From Bdellovibrionales bacterium (GTDB lineage: Bacteria; Bdellovibrionota; Bdellovibrionia; Bdellovibrionales; Bdellovibrionaceae): a stretch of DNA of 64,000 nt. The stretch covers positions 17,761-81,760 of the forward strand of contig JANMPT010000039.1 in the NCBI GenBank assembly GCA_031370005.1, read 5' to 3'. How positions within the stretch are numbered: position 1 is the stretch's first letter; each line of letters opens with the position of its first letter. Shown in pieces: positions 9,975 to 19,218 of this stretch. The notes below the pieces were generated by a model. It was not told the DNA's origin. It worked only from the letters and a program-made list of their open reading frames with translations, and did no database searches. The position numbers and the translations under genes are program-made.

Positions 9975-11546
9975 GTGCTAAAAAGACCGAGTTTCATAGT
10001 TGCTGTTTTGCTGACGCTAATTGTTGCGGGGACTTTTGTTGTCAATAGCAAAACACAGAAACTTTCCAAGGTAAAAACAGCAGAGGAGTACTGGGCTGAG
10101 ACAGGCCTCAGTTCTGAAACGCTCGAGGAACTATTGCAAGAGGGGTCTTGCAATAGTTCTGAGCGTTATTTCTTTGCCTGTGTTGCTTCTGTGCAGTCGG
10201 TAGCGCAGAAGTATGGATTAGACCTCACCACTGAGGGGCAGCTAGTGCCAGTGTCGAAATCCCAAAGCCAATCCTCTACTCATCTTTTTAGTGAGAGGGA
10301 AGTCTTGGCTCCTTGGAAGGTTTTCCTTTCTTCTCAGTCTCAAATTCCTAATATTCCATTCCTTAAGATTTGGAGAGAACTTCTCGAGAAACATATTAAG
10401 CCCAAGCAAGTAAGTTTTGCGGTGGGTATTGGAATGAATGGGTTTTTATCTATTTTCCGTGATCCTCATACGTATCTACTTCCAGCAAAGATGTATAGTG
10501 AGGTGGTATCGAAGGCCAATCACAGGAGTCTTTCTATCGGTGTCGTAATTGGTCGCGATGAGGATCAATACTTCGTAAAAAAGGTGATTGCAAACTCGTC
10601 TTCATTTCTTGCGGGCCTTCATAAGGGGGATGTTATTTTGTCTGTAAATGGGCACAGGGCGGGTCCGCTTTCTGCTCAGGAGCTCAGCGACTTCCTGCGA
10701 GGCGACGAGGGAAGCGCGCTCAACTTAACAGTCCGACATCATGGCGAGATTAAAAGTATCAATGTGATTCGCACTGAGCAGCGGCTTCCGACGGTGAGTA
10801 CGCAGGTACTTGATGGTATTAAGCCCGTAGGCGTTTTAACGATTAATAAATTTGCTATCAACGCGTGCACTGAAGTGAAGAGCGCTCTTAAAAGCCTAAA
10901 ACAACAAGGTATTCAGGGTTTACTATTGGATTTGCGTGACAATCCAGGGGGCCAAATGGAAGAGGCCACTTGTGTAACGAGTTTGTTTATTGGCCCAGGC
11001 AAAAAAGTATATCAGATCAAGCCCTTATCCGATGATATTCAACAAGAGACCTCTTATGGCGCGGAAGAGCAACAGTATCAGGGTCCAATGGCAGTATTGA
11101 TTAATTCGGGCTCTGCTAGCGCCGCCGAAATTGTTGCCGGAGCATTGCAAGACTACAAGCGAGCTGTTCTTGTGGGAGAGCGAAGCTTTGGTAAAGGCTC
11201 GTTCCAAGAGGGTGAGATCTGGTCAAAAAATATAAATATCGTAATTTTCGAGACGAAAGGTTTTTACTATTTACCTTCGGGGAGGACCCCGCAGCTTGTG
11301 GGCTTAGAGCCTGATGTAAAGGTCAACTTTAAAGACAATTTTGCGCTACGTGAAGCGGATCAGTTCTGGTATCCTCTGGTGCCTGAAAACTTATCTGTTC
11401 CAATGGAGTTTGCTGCGGATTTGCAGCCGGACCTTGCGGCTTGCATTAGCTTCGACAGCGATCTGCTGTCTTCTGATGATCCAGAGATAAAAGAAGCTCA
11501 TCGGGTTTTAAGTTGTCGTGGAATTGCAGAACGAGGAGCAAGATGA
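9975..11546 (+). CDS. Carboxy-terminal processing protease, S41 family with PDZ domain
   Basis: DLRDNPGG, SASAAEIVAG, SFGKGS motifs; start moved to GTG 9975 after RBS, giving an N-terminal signal/TM. Confidence 0.9.
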   Translation: MLKRPSFIVAVLLTLIVAGTFVVNSKTQKLSKVKTAEEYWAETGLSSETLEELLQEGSCNSSERYFFACVASVQSVAQKYGLDLTTEGQLVPVSKSQSQSSTHLFSEREVLAPWKVFLSSQSQIPNIPFLKIWRELLEKHIKPKQVSFAVGIGMNGFLSIFRDPHTYLLPAKMYSEVVSKANHRSLSIGVVIGRDEDQYFVKKVIANSSSFLAGLHKGDVILSVNGHRAGPLSAQELSDFLRGDEGSALNLTVRHHGEIKSINVIRTEQRLPTVSTQVLDGIKPVGVLTINKFAINACTEVKSALKSLKQQGIQGLLLDLRDNPGGQMEEATCVTSLFIGPGKKVYQIKPLSDDIQQETSYGAEEQQYQGPMAVLINSGSASAAEIVAGALQDYKRAVLVGERSFGKGSFQEGEIWSKNINIVIFETKGFYYLPSGRTPQLVGLEPDVKVNFKDNFALREADQFWYPLVPENLSVPMEFAADLQPDLAACISFDSDLLSSDDPEIKEAHRVLSCRGIAERGAR

Positions 11547-12193
11547 TCCATACTGAGCTTTTTAAATTTAGATACATTCCGGCGAAAAAGCGTTCTGAAA
11601 AGCTAATGATAGTTTTTCATGGGAAAGGTGACAGCATCCGCCCCTTTCGGCATTTCGATGAGGAAATGAAAGTGCCTCAGATGAATTATTTATTGCTGAA
11701 TGCGCCAAAGAGATTTCTTGATGGTTACTCTTGGTATGGAGATCCGCCCTATGAGCGAGAAGGTGTTATCAGGATTCGTGAAAAACTTTTTCAGCTTCTA
11801 GCAGAGCTAGAAATGCAAGGCTGGCAAAGCGAGAACATTTTTCTTTTTGGATTCTCTCAAGGCTGCTTAATCAGTGCTGATATTGGTTTGAACTATCCAA
11901 AACGCTTGGGTGGTATTGTGGGCGTTAGCGGCTACTTTCACTTTTATCCAAGATGGCGTCAGCAGCTTTCAAAAAATACCTTGAAGACACCCTGGGTTTT
12001 CACCCATGGTCGTCGGGATGACCTTCTAAAGCTTGATGAAACCAAGCACGGAGTTGACAAGCTTCGCACTGCTGGTTTTGACGTCGACTGGATTGAGCTC
12101 GATAAGGACCACGTTCTTACTGATGAGGAAATGCCAATGATTCGTAAATGGGTTCGTGATCAGCTTAAAGAAAAATCAAGCATCTCGAATTGA
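11543..12193 (+). CDS. Phospholipase/carboxylesterase (alpha/beta hydrolase)
   Basis: FHGKGD, GFSQG nucleophile elbow, HGRRDD; ATGA overlap with upstream stop. Confidence 0.85.
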   Translation: MIHTELFKFRYIPAKKRSEKLMIVFHGKGDSIRPFRHFDEEMKVPQMNYLLLNAPKRFLDGYSWYGDPPYEREGVIRIREKLFQLLAELEMQGWQSENIFLFGFSQGCLISADIGLNYPKRLGGIVGVSGYFHFYPRWRQQLSKNTLKTPWVFTHGRRDDLLKLDETKHGVDKLRTAGFDVDWIELDKDHVLTDEEMPMIRKWVRDQLKEKSSISN

Positions 12194-13369
12194 TCAATTT
12201 TTAACCGTCAAGTTGCCCTTGGCAGTGACACTAAGGGCTTCAATCATTTGCGGCAAATCAAAGATGTTTACGAATTGAATAGTCAGTTTTTTATTTTTAA
12301 CGACTCTTGTTCTTGAATCCGATGTCACGACCCAGTTCGGCCCCTTTGAATAGCTTTTTCTAAAAATATAAAGATTGTCATCTTCAAAGTGCTTCTCTTG
12401 CCACTTGCATTCAATAGAAAGAACTGTGTCCCGAGCTAAAGGCAGTACAAAATCAATCTCGTGCTGATTTTTTGTTCGCCAATAATGGAGCTGATTTCCA
12501 TGTCCCTGAGATTGAAAAGTTTCAAGGACTAGGTTTTCCAGGTAGACACCGTAGTCTTCGTTGCGAGGCTCGTGGATTCCTTTTACAAAACAACTAAATC
12601 CCGTGTCAAATCCATATACTTTTGGCTGGCTAACAATTTCCTGTAATGGGTTGGTAGAAAATGGCTTTAGGAGACTTATCGTCTTGGTGCTTTCTAAAAT
12701 ATCAAGGTATTTAATTGTTGTGGGTCTTGTTACTCCGCTGGCTTGCGCTAACTTCGTGATTTCAAACTGGCTTCCGTTAGCAATGAGTAAGTACTCAAGA
12801 ACTTTCAAAAACGGTTGTCGCTTTTCGACAGCAAAAAGCTCTTGGACATCTCGGGCATAAAACGAATCCATCCACTCGGAAAAAAAATCGTTATCCACGT
12901 TTTCGCCTAATAAAGATGGCGGAAGACCCCCATGTAAAATCCTTTTTTTAAGTGTGCTGCGAAAGTCTGCAAGTTCACTAACCAGAACTGGTAAAAAGTG
13001 AAGATTTCTTTTTCGATCAGTAAGGGAGTCCTTAAACTTCTTACTAGCAATCAAGGTGGATGAACCTGTAGCGAGTATTTTTTTATCTTTAAAATGATCA
13101 GCGCCTATTTTCAAAAGCATGGAGGCTTCGGGAAGTTGATGAATTTCGTCAAATATGACAGTTTTCGTTTTGAGATTTTTATAAAAATCTTCGGGGTCTT
13201 CAAGACGTTTTTGTTCGCTAGGGAGATCGCAGTTGATAAAGGTGGAATCAGGGATAGAAGCGGCAAGAGTTGTCTTACCAGAGCGACGGACGCCAGCGAG
13301 CCATACGATGGGCCTTTTCGACCAGGATTTCTGTATTTTTTGAAGCCAAAATGTCCTCTTTATATCCAT
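12194..13369 (-). CDS. AAA+ ATPase, AAA_14/DUF4143 family with C-terminal PD-(D/E)xK-like domain
   Basis: GVRRSGKT Walker A, FDEIHQ Walker B, ATGSS, YWRT..QHEIDFV..IECK. Confidence 0.88.
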   Translation of the reverse strand: MDIKRTFWLQKIQKSWSKRPIVWLAGVRRSGKTTLAASIPDSTFINCDLPSEQKRLEDPEDFYKNLKTKTVIFDEIHQLPEASMLLKIGADHFKDKKILATGSSTLIASKKFKDSLTDRKRNLHFLPVLVSELADFRSTLKKRILHGGLPPSLLGENVDNDFFSEWMDSFYARDVQELFAVEKRQPFLKVLEYLLIANGSQFEITKLAQASGVTRPTTIKYLDILESTKTISLLKPFSTNPLQEIVSQPKVYGFDTGFSCFVKGIHEPRNEDYGVYLENLVLETFQSQGHGNQLHYWRTKNQHEIDFVLPLARDTVLSIECKWQEKHFEDDNLYIFRKSYSKGPNWVVTSDSRTRVVKNKKLTIQFVNIFDLPQMIEALSVTAKGNLTVKN

Positions 13370-13412
13370 AAGTATACTTTACATATAGTATTACTATATG
13401 TAAAGTATACTT
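13370..13412. promoter_or_regulatory. Perfect 43-bp palindrome (21-bp arms) abutting the ATPase start codon
   Basis: AAGTATACTTTACATATAGTA-T-TACTATATGTAAAGTATACTT. Confidence 0.85.
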
Positions 13413-13425
13413 TCACTAAGAAAGG

Positions 13426-14112
13426 CTAGAACTTTCTTAGTAGGCCTACGACAATGCCCTGAATATTTACTTCATAGGGCGAGAACCACATTGATTGAAA
13501 CTTTTCATTGGCCGGACGGAGCTCTACCATGAGCTCATCGTGGCTTCCACGAGGCGGAGTGCGGAGGTAAAAGCGCTTCACTGTGGCTTCATTTTCTACA
13601 GTTGCCACAACGATATCTCCATTGGCTGCACTGGCTTGCTGCTGTACAAGAATCGTATCTCCATCCAAAATGCCTTCATTGATCATGGAATCGCCAGAAA
13701 CTCGCAGGGCGAAGGTCTTGTGAGCTTGGCGTACCAGACTTGAGGGAACACTAATGAATTCATCGTGCTTCAAGGACTCAATCGGGCCACCGGCCGCTAC
13801 TTTACCAAGGAGAGGAAGAGACAGGACCTCCTCCTTGCTTTGGAGGAGCGATGTCGGAGGAGGCCCTGTAGATGTATTCAGCAAATGCTGCACAATCTGT
13901 ATTGCACGTTTCTGATTGGCCTGGTTTTTCACATAGCCCTTGCGGATTAGTTGCTTCAGATAATTTTGGACCGAGTTAAACGACGCGAATCCAAAATGAT
14001 CCCTAATCTCCTGGTATGACGGAGAAATTCCAGAACTTTTCTGAAAGCCTTCTATAAACTCTAAGAAGGCTTTCTCTTTTGCTGTAAGGGGGAGGGGCAA
14101 ATTATCAATCAT
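13426..14112 (-). CDS. lexA: SOS repressor LexA
   Basis: PSYQEI HTH, LLGKVAAG cleavage site, VSGDSM Ser, ATVKR Lys; start placed at ATG 14112. Confidence 0.95.
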   Translation of the reverse strand: MIDNLPLPLTAKEKAFLEFIEGFQKSSGISPSYQEIRDHFGFASFNSVQNYLKQLIRKGYVKNQANQKRAIQIVQHLLNTSTGPPPTSLLQSKEEVLSLPLLGKVAAGGPIESLKHDEFISVPSSLVRQAHKTFALRVSGDSMINEGILDGDTILVQQQASAANGDIVVATVENEATVKRFYLRTPPRGSHDELMVELRPANEKFQSMWFSPYEVNIQGIVVGLLRKF

Positions 14113-14114
14113 AA

Positions 14115-14155
14115 ACTTACATATCAATTACATATGTAATTGATATGTAAGTCAA
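14115..14155 (-). promoter_or_regulatory. lexA promoter overlapped by a perfect 38-bp palindrome (candidate autoregulatory operator)
   Basis: ACTTACATATCAATTACAT/ATGTAATTGATATGTAAGT at 14115-14152; minus-strand TTGACT-N17-TGTAAT. Confidence 0.75.
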
Positions 14156-14212
14156 AAAATAATTTAAAAGGTCTAGGGATTATGTCGCATAGCTTAATGG
14201 GAGCCCAAATAA

Positions 14213-14476
14213 TCACTCATTCGAGATGAGACAATTTCCGAGACCACTTTTGTTTTTGCAAGTAGGGGAGCTTGGGGCAGCCACGCGTATTAATTTGTTA
14301 GGATCAATTTTCTCTGGGATGGCAATTGAGCTAATCGCACGCTTTTGCGGCATGAGATTTCTGGATGCGACCTGACTTTCAGTGACCGGTAAAAAAGAGC
14401 AGTTTTGGTAAAGCAGAATCACTGCTGGGTTAACAACCAAAAGAACCGCTAAACTAAATCCACGCCGCCTGAGCAC
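14213..14476 (-). CDS. Small hypothetical exported/lipoprotein
   Basis: Hydrophobic N-terminus ending YQNC; GAGGGG RBS upstream. Confidence 0.6.
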   Translation of the reverse strand: MLRRRGFSLAVLLVVNPAVILLYQNCSFLPVTESQVASRNLMPQKRAISSIAIPEKIDPNKLIRVAAPSSPTCKNKSGLGNCLISNE

Positions 14477-14666
14477 GAAACCCCCTCAATAAAAATATGG
14501 TTATCACTTTATTCTACGGAAGAAGTGGCCTAGGACCTTAGTCTAAAATCAAAAATTCTCAGAACGAGACGAAAAAAGTTTCTAACAATTCTAATAAAAA
14601 GGAAATCTCGTCTTGAGAGTGAGTAAAGGACTGGCAATAATAGAAGAAGAAACATAAAAGGATATT

Positions 14667-15548
14667 ATGAGAACTGTTGTTGTCCTAGTTTTGAGCTTTA
14701 TTTTTGCTTCCCAGGCTTTTGCGGCGAATTTTACAGATCTATCGAAAAAGTGTATGGAAAGCTTAAAAGCTTTTCCTGGAAAAGTTGATACTGTGTTATT
14801 GCAGAGGGCTTGTGACAAGGTTCAAATTGATGACGCATGTGTGAGCGTTGATGGGCGCCCCATTTTTCACTACGAAAAAATTTCTAGCAACCCTAGAGCG
14901 AAGAGGGTTCTTGTCTTTAGCCTGATTCATGGCGATGAAACTCACGCGGGCACTGTGGGACGATATTGGATGGAGCGCCTTGAGAGTTTTGACCCGCGCA
15001 ACTCGTGGCGTGTAGTGCCTGTTTTAAATCCGGATGGTGTTCAGGCGAAGACGAGAACCAACGCAAATAATGTTGATTTGAATCGCAACTTTCCAACGAA
15101 AGATTGGGATCAGCTCGCAAAGTCCTATTGGAAAAAGCAAGCTAAAGAGAATCCGCGTCGCAATCCTGGCGATGCGGCCGGCAGTGAGGTCGAAACTAAG
15201 TGCGCTATGAAACATCTTGAAGAGTTTAAGCCAGATTTCATTGTGTCTGTGCACACGCCGCTGAAAGTTTTAGACTTTGATGGGCCGAAGGTGGTTTTTC
15301 CAAAGTATGATTATTTACCTTGGAGATCCTTGGGGCACTTTCCAGGTAGCCTTGGTCGTTATATGTGGTTTGAAAGACAGACTCCGGTTTTGACCACCGA
15401 ACTTAGGGAAGACTTGCCGGCAAGTCTGACGCCTCTTGAAAGGCTGCAAGACGTGATCGGTACGCTAGTGAAAATCGAAATTAAACCTAGGAGCGCAGAT
15501 TCTCAACCCCCCAGCCATGTGGTGAAAACCTTTGCCCCTGTTGAGTAG
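14667..15548 (+). CDS. mpaA: M14 zinc carboxypeptidase, murein peptide amidase MpaA-like, secreted
   Basis: Signal peptide; IHGDE, NPDG, DLNRNFP, SVH motifs. Confidence 0.8.
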   Translation: MRTVVVLVLSFIFASQAFAANFTDLSKKCMESLKAFPGKVDTVLLQRACDKVQIDDACVSVDGRPIFHYEKISSNPRAKRVLVFSLIHGDETHAGTVGRYWMERLESFDPRNSWRVVPVLNPDGVQAKTRTNANNVDLNRNFPTKDWDQLAKSYWKKQAKENPRRNPGDAAGSEVETKCAMKHLEEFKPDFIVSVHTPLKVLDFDGPKVVFPKYDYLPWRSLGHFPGSLGRYMWFERQTPVLTTELREDLPASLTPLERLQDVIGTLVKIEIKPRSADSQPPSHVVKTFAPVE

Positions 15549-15572
15549 CATGAAATTAGAAAATTCATTGTT

Positions 15573-15986
15573 CTAATGAATCATTGTATTTTGCAAAACC
15601 TGGTGAATCTCAATATCACGCTCCTGCTGCGTAACAACGCTATCCTGGATTGCCAAAAGCCTCTTTAGTAAGAGGTCCTTGGCTATACGGATAGCAACGA
15701 AAATATCTTTGTCGACGCCTTCGGCGGCAATTTTCGAATCACCCTCTTTCAAGGAGATTGAAATCCTATAAAGGGATTTCAAATCTTCCATTTTAAACTC
15801 TTTGCCTTCTGCTTCATATTGAAGCGCTAGCTTGGTGGGATCTTTCGAAATAACAGCAACCACAGTTTGCGGAGTCACGTAGGGCTGAAACTCGGCAATT
15901 TGCTGGTAAACGTATGATTTTACTTCGGGGCTGTCCTCGAGGGCTATCTCAAGGACTTCTAGCCCCGGATTCAGAAGGTCAGACAT
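15573..15986 (-). CDS. Hypothetical protein, C-terminal part resembles the HPF/RaiA fold
   Basis: IAAEGVDKDIFVAIRIAKDLLLKRL resembles the HPF helix motif; AGGAGG RBS. Confidence 0.5.
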   Translation of the reverse strand: MSDLLNPGLEVLEIALEDSPEVKSYVYQQIAEFQPYVTPQTVVAVISKDPTKLALQYEAEGKEFKMEDLKSLYRISISLKEGDSKIAAEGVDKDIFVAIRIAKDLLLKRLLAIQDSVVTQQERDIEIHQVLQNTMIH

Positions 15987-16159
15987 TAGATCCTCCTATT
16001 CCGTGTTACATACATCTCTTATTATATTGTATCAATGAGTCCAAATTAAGTCAGGCCAGGCTTCTTAGAAATAAAAAATATATTTGAAATTGAATACATT
16101 TGATTTAAAATCTCGACCTTGGACGTGTTTAAGATATTTGGATCTTAAAATGAGACATT

Positions 16160-16894
16160 ATGTTTGATAACAAGAAATCCGCACCAGGAGCCAGTTTGAG
16201 CGAAACTTCTAGCATGAAAACACATTTGCCAAGGCTTGAAAATTCGTGGCAAGCGAAACTAGAGTCAGAATTTGAAAAAGATTATATGGAAAATTTGCAA
16301 AAATTTTTGATTTCCCAAAAAGAATCTAGAAAAATAATATACCCAGAATGCGAAGAATATTTTGCTGCAATGGACCTGACGCCTTTCGACAAAGTCAAAG
16401 TTGTGATTATTGGTCAGGATCCTTATCATGGCGTCGGGCAGGCACATGGCTTGAGTTTCTCTGTTCGTGAAGGCGTTCGCGTTCCTCCGTCCTTAGCTAA
16501 CATTTTCAAAGAGCTTCACGAAGATCTGGGCTTGCCCATACCAAAGAGCGGAGACCTAACCTCCTGGGCCAAGCAAGGTGTTTTGCTTTTAAACGCGGTT
16601 TTAACTGTGGAAGGTGGCAGGGCAGCGGCCCATCAGGGCAAGGGGTGGGAGCAATTCACTGATCAAGTGATTGTGGCTCTGGATCAAAACCGTGAGCACT
16701 TGGTATATATTTTGTGGGGAAGTTATGCTCAGAAAAAAGCAGCTTTCGTCGATCGCACAAGAAATCTTGTATTAGAGTCCTCACATCCGTCACCGCTGTC
16801 CTCATATCGAGGTTTTTTTGGTTCAAGGCCTTTTTCTAAAGCGAATAAATACCTGGGCGAACATGGAGTTAAGGAAATTGATTGGTCTTTATAG
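16160..16894 (+). CDS. ung: Uracil-DNA glycosylase family 1
   Basis: GQDPYH, PPSLANI, GVLLLN, HPSPLS. Confidence 0.96.
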   Translation: MFDNKKSAPGASLSETSSMKTHLPRLENSWQAKLESEFEKDYMENLQKFLISQKESRKIIYPECEEYFAAMDLTPFDKVKVVIIGQDPYHGVGQAHGLSFSVREGVRVPPSLANIFKELHEDLGLPIPKSGDLTSWAKQGVLLLNAVLTVEGGRAAAHQGKGWEQFTDQVIVALDQNREHLVYILWGSYAQKKAAFVDRTRNLVLESSHPSPLSSYRGFFGSRPFSKANKYLGEHGVKEIDWSL

Positions 16895-16939
16895 CGATTC
16901 TAACGGAAGATAAATTTGAAACAATCAAGGAGCGTAATT

Positions 16940-17365
16940 ATGACGTTTATTAAAATTCTAATGGTGCTGGGGCTTGCGGGGTCTGTCGTTTACGCGGCTG
17001 GCAATGGGCAAAAAGTTAAACAAAAAGCTTCGGAAACTATGCAGGCTGCCGGTGAATATACTCAGGAACAAAAGGCAGAGATTCAACAAAGTCTTGAAGA
17101 TAAAATGGGCAAAATCTCTGAGGAAATCGGAGAATTAAAAAAAGAAGTGGCGATAGCTTCCGGCAAGGCAAAAAAAGAAATGAATCAAGAAATCAAATCT
17201 CTAGAAAAAAAGCAGATGTCTCTTAAAAAAGATTTAGCTCGTTGGAAAAATAGTACGGGCAAAGCATGGGAAGAAATGAAAAACGGAATGAACCAGGCAT
17301 TTGATAATCTTTCGGATTCATACCAGAAGGCAAAAAAAGAACTCTCTGAAACTAAATCTGAGTAA
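16940..17365 (+). CDS. Secreted Lys/Glu-rich coiled-coil hypothetical protein
   Basis: AGGAG RBS then ATG 16940; signal peptide; amphipathic helices. Confidence 0.7.
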   Translation: MTFIKILMVLGLAGSVVYAAGNGQKVKQKASETMQAAGEYTQEQKAEIQQSLEDKMGKISEEIGELKKEVAIASGKAKKEMNQEIKSLEKKQMSLKKDLARWKNSTGKAWEEMKNGMNQAFDNLSDSYQKAKKELSETKSE

Positions 17366-17412
17366 TTTTTGAAGATAGATTTCTATTATCGCCTAAAGTT
17401 AGGAGTTCGACA

Positions 17413-19218
17413 ATGATCACAGTGATTATTGGTCAAAGGGGAGTTGGCAAGACTCAGTTGCTGAAAAGGATCCACCGCTATACAGCAGACGAAAAAATGC
17501 CTTGTTTTGATCTTGATCAAGAAATTGAAAAATACGAGAAAAAGACCATCCAGGAAATTTTCGAGAAAAAAGGCGAAGAGTATTTTCGTGAATTAGAAAA
17601 AAGAATCTTCAATGAAATTATTTTGTCTCATCCAAACTGTTGGTTAGCAGTCGGGGGCGGTTTTCCTGTAGGATTTCTTCCAGAGACCACTCGAGTTCTT
17701 TGGGTGCAAAGAACTACGGATCAGGCCGGCCGAGTTTTTTTAGATCGTCCGCGCCTTGAAAAAGAATTGTCCCCACTTGGTGAGTTCGAGAAACGAGCGA
17801 AAAACCGCGAATTTTATTTTAAAAATGTGTATGACCAAATTTACTTAATACCCGAAGGCTTGACGGAGCTAGATCCTTTAGAGAAAGAAATCTTGATTCT
17901 GCATAAGAAAGTATTTTCGGGGACATTAACCATATTGCCCGAGTTATTTCTAAAGAAAACTCGTTGGCAAACTTTTATCGAGAATTATTCCAATCGCGGT
18001 GTTGAGTTTTTTGAGATAAGAGATGATTTGTTAAATCACGACCAACTTCAAACGTGTTTGGGCTCTTTGTTTTCGGAAAAGTTTATTTTTTCTTTTCGCT
18101 CCGGAAAAACAGAGAACCCTCCGCAAAGCAGTCAAATTGAATACTTTGACTGGGCCATTGAACTAGGTGCAATGCCTCAGCCAGTCCGTTTTTTAAAACA
18201 GCGTCTAATAGTTTCTTTACACGAAATTCAAGAAGGTGAGGCTTTTGAGCAAGCTATTCACAGATTGAATGCGGAGTCTGGTAAGTGCGTTCATTTGAAA
18301 TTTGCACCGATTGTGAAGACTTTTGAGGATTTGTTTTTAGGTTATTTGTGGCAGCAGGGCGATCCGAAAAATCGCAGTTTTCTGCCTCATTCGGCAAATG
18401 GGCGCTGGGCTTGGTTTCGGTTGTGGATGAAGGGCGGCCAACTTTTGAACTTCTGGCGCGAGGCTGAGGGCAGCGCACAGGACCAGCCGACAGTTTATGA
18501 ATGGTTGAGCGTGCATTTTATTAAAACTCACTTCGCTGCAGTTCTTGGCAAACCGGTGTCTCAAAGTTGGTCGCCTATCGAGCAGAAAAACTTTTTTGAA
18601 GAGCGAAATGAGCCCACTTTTCGCATTGAGATCGACCAGTCAGAGTGGGATGTGGCTTTGACAATCTTGGCTATATTGGGTCTTCGTCATGCGGCAGTGA
18701 CCTCGCCACTCAAAGAAGAGGCTTTTCATAGTTGCAAAGTGAAAACAGAAAAGGCCGAGCTTCTTCGCTCAGTAAATACACTTTTTTATAGCTCAGAAAA
18801 TAAATATTGGATCGGCCACAATACCGACATTATAGGCTTTAAACACCTCACGGAGGACATCGGTACAGAACAATGTGTGGTTCTGTGGGGTGGTGGCGGA
18901 ACGCTGAATATGATGAAAAGGGTGCTTCCGCAATCCTATTGCTTTTCAGTGACTCGTGGAGAGGTTCGCGAGGAGGACCTGGCACGCTGGAAAAATGAGA
19001 TGATGCCAGACGTTTTAGTCTGGGCCGCGCCACGAAAACACGATATGAAGTGGCCAAGCCCTGATTGGAAACCTAAGCTGGTGGTGGATTTAAACTACAC
19101 TGATGATTCAGCGGGGCGTGAATACGCACAAAGAGTGGGTGCAGAGTATCGTTCGGGTATAAAGATGTTTCAAGTTCAAGCTCAGTATCAAAGAGATTTT
19201 TGGGAGAATCAAGAATGA
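17413..19218 (+). CDS. Fused shikimate kinase / type I dehydroquinase-like / shikimate dehydrogenase
   Basis: GQRGVGKT..DLDQEIE..GEEYFRELE (AroK); EIRDD, VSLH, LKFA (AroD-like); LGKPVSQSWSP, VTSPLK, SVNTL, HNTD (AroE). Confidence 0.8.
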   Translation: MITVIIGQRGVGKTQLLKRIHRYTADEKMPCFDLDQEIEKYEKKTIQEIFEKKGEEYFRELEKRIFNEIILSHPNCWLAVGGGFPVGFLPETTRVLWVQRTTDQAGRVFLDRPRLEKELSPLGEFEKRAKNREFYFKNVYDQIYLIPEGLTELDPLEKEILILHKKVFSGTLTILPELFLKKTRWQTFIENYSNRGVEFFEIRDDLLNHDQLQTCLGSLFSEKFIFSFRSGKTENPPQSSQIEYFDWAIELGAMPQPVRFLKQRLIVSLHEIQEGEAFEQAIHRLNAESGKCVHLKFAPIVKTFEDLFLGYLWQQGDPKNRSFLPHSANGRWAWFRLWMKGGQLLNFWREAEGSAQDQPTVYEWLSVHFIKTHFAAVLGKPVSQSWSPIEQKNFFEERNEPTFRIEIDQSEWDVALTILAILGLRHAAVTSPLKEEAFHSCKVKTEKAELLRSVNTLFYSSENKYWIGHNTDIIGFKHLTEDIGTEQCVVLWGGGGTLNMMKRVLPQSYCFSVTRGEVREEDLARWKNEMMPDVLVWAAPRKHDMKWPSPDWKPKLVVDLNYTDDSAGREYAQRVGAEYRSGIKMFQVQAQYQRDFWENQE

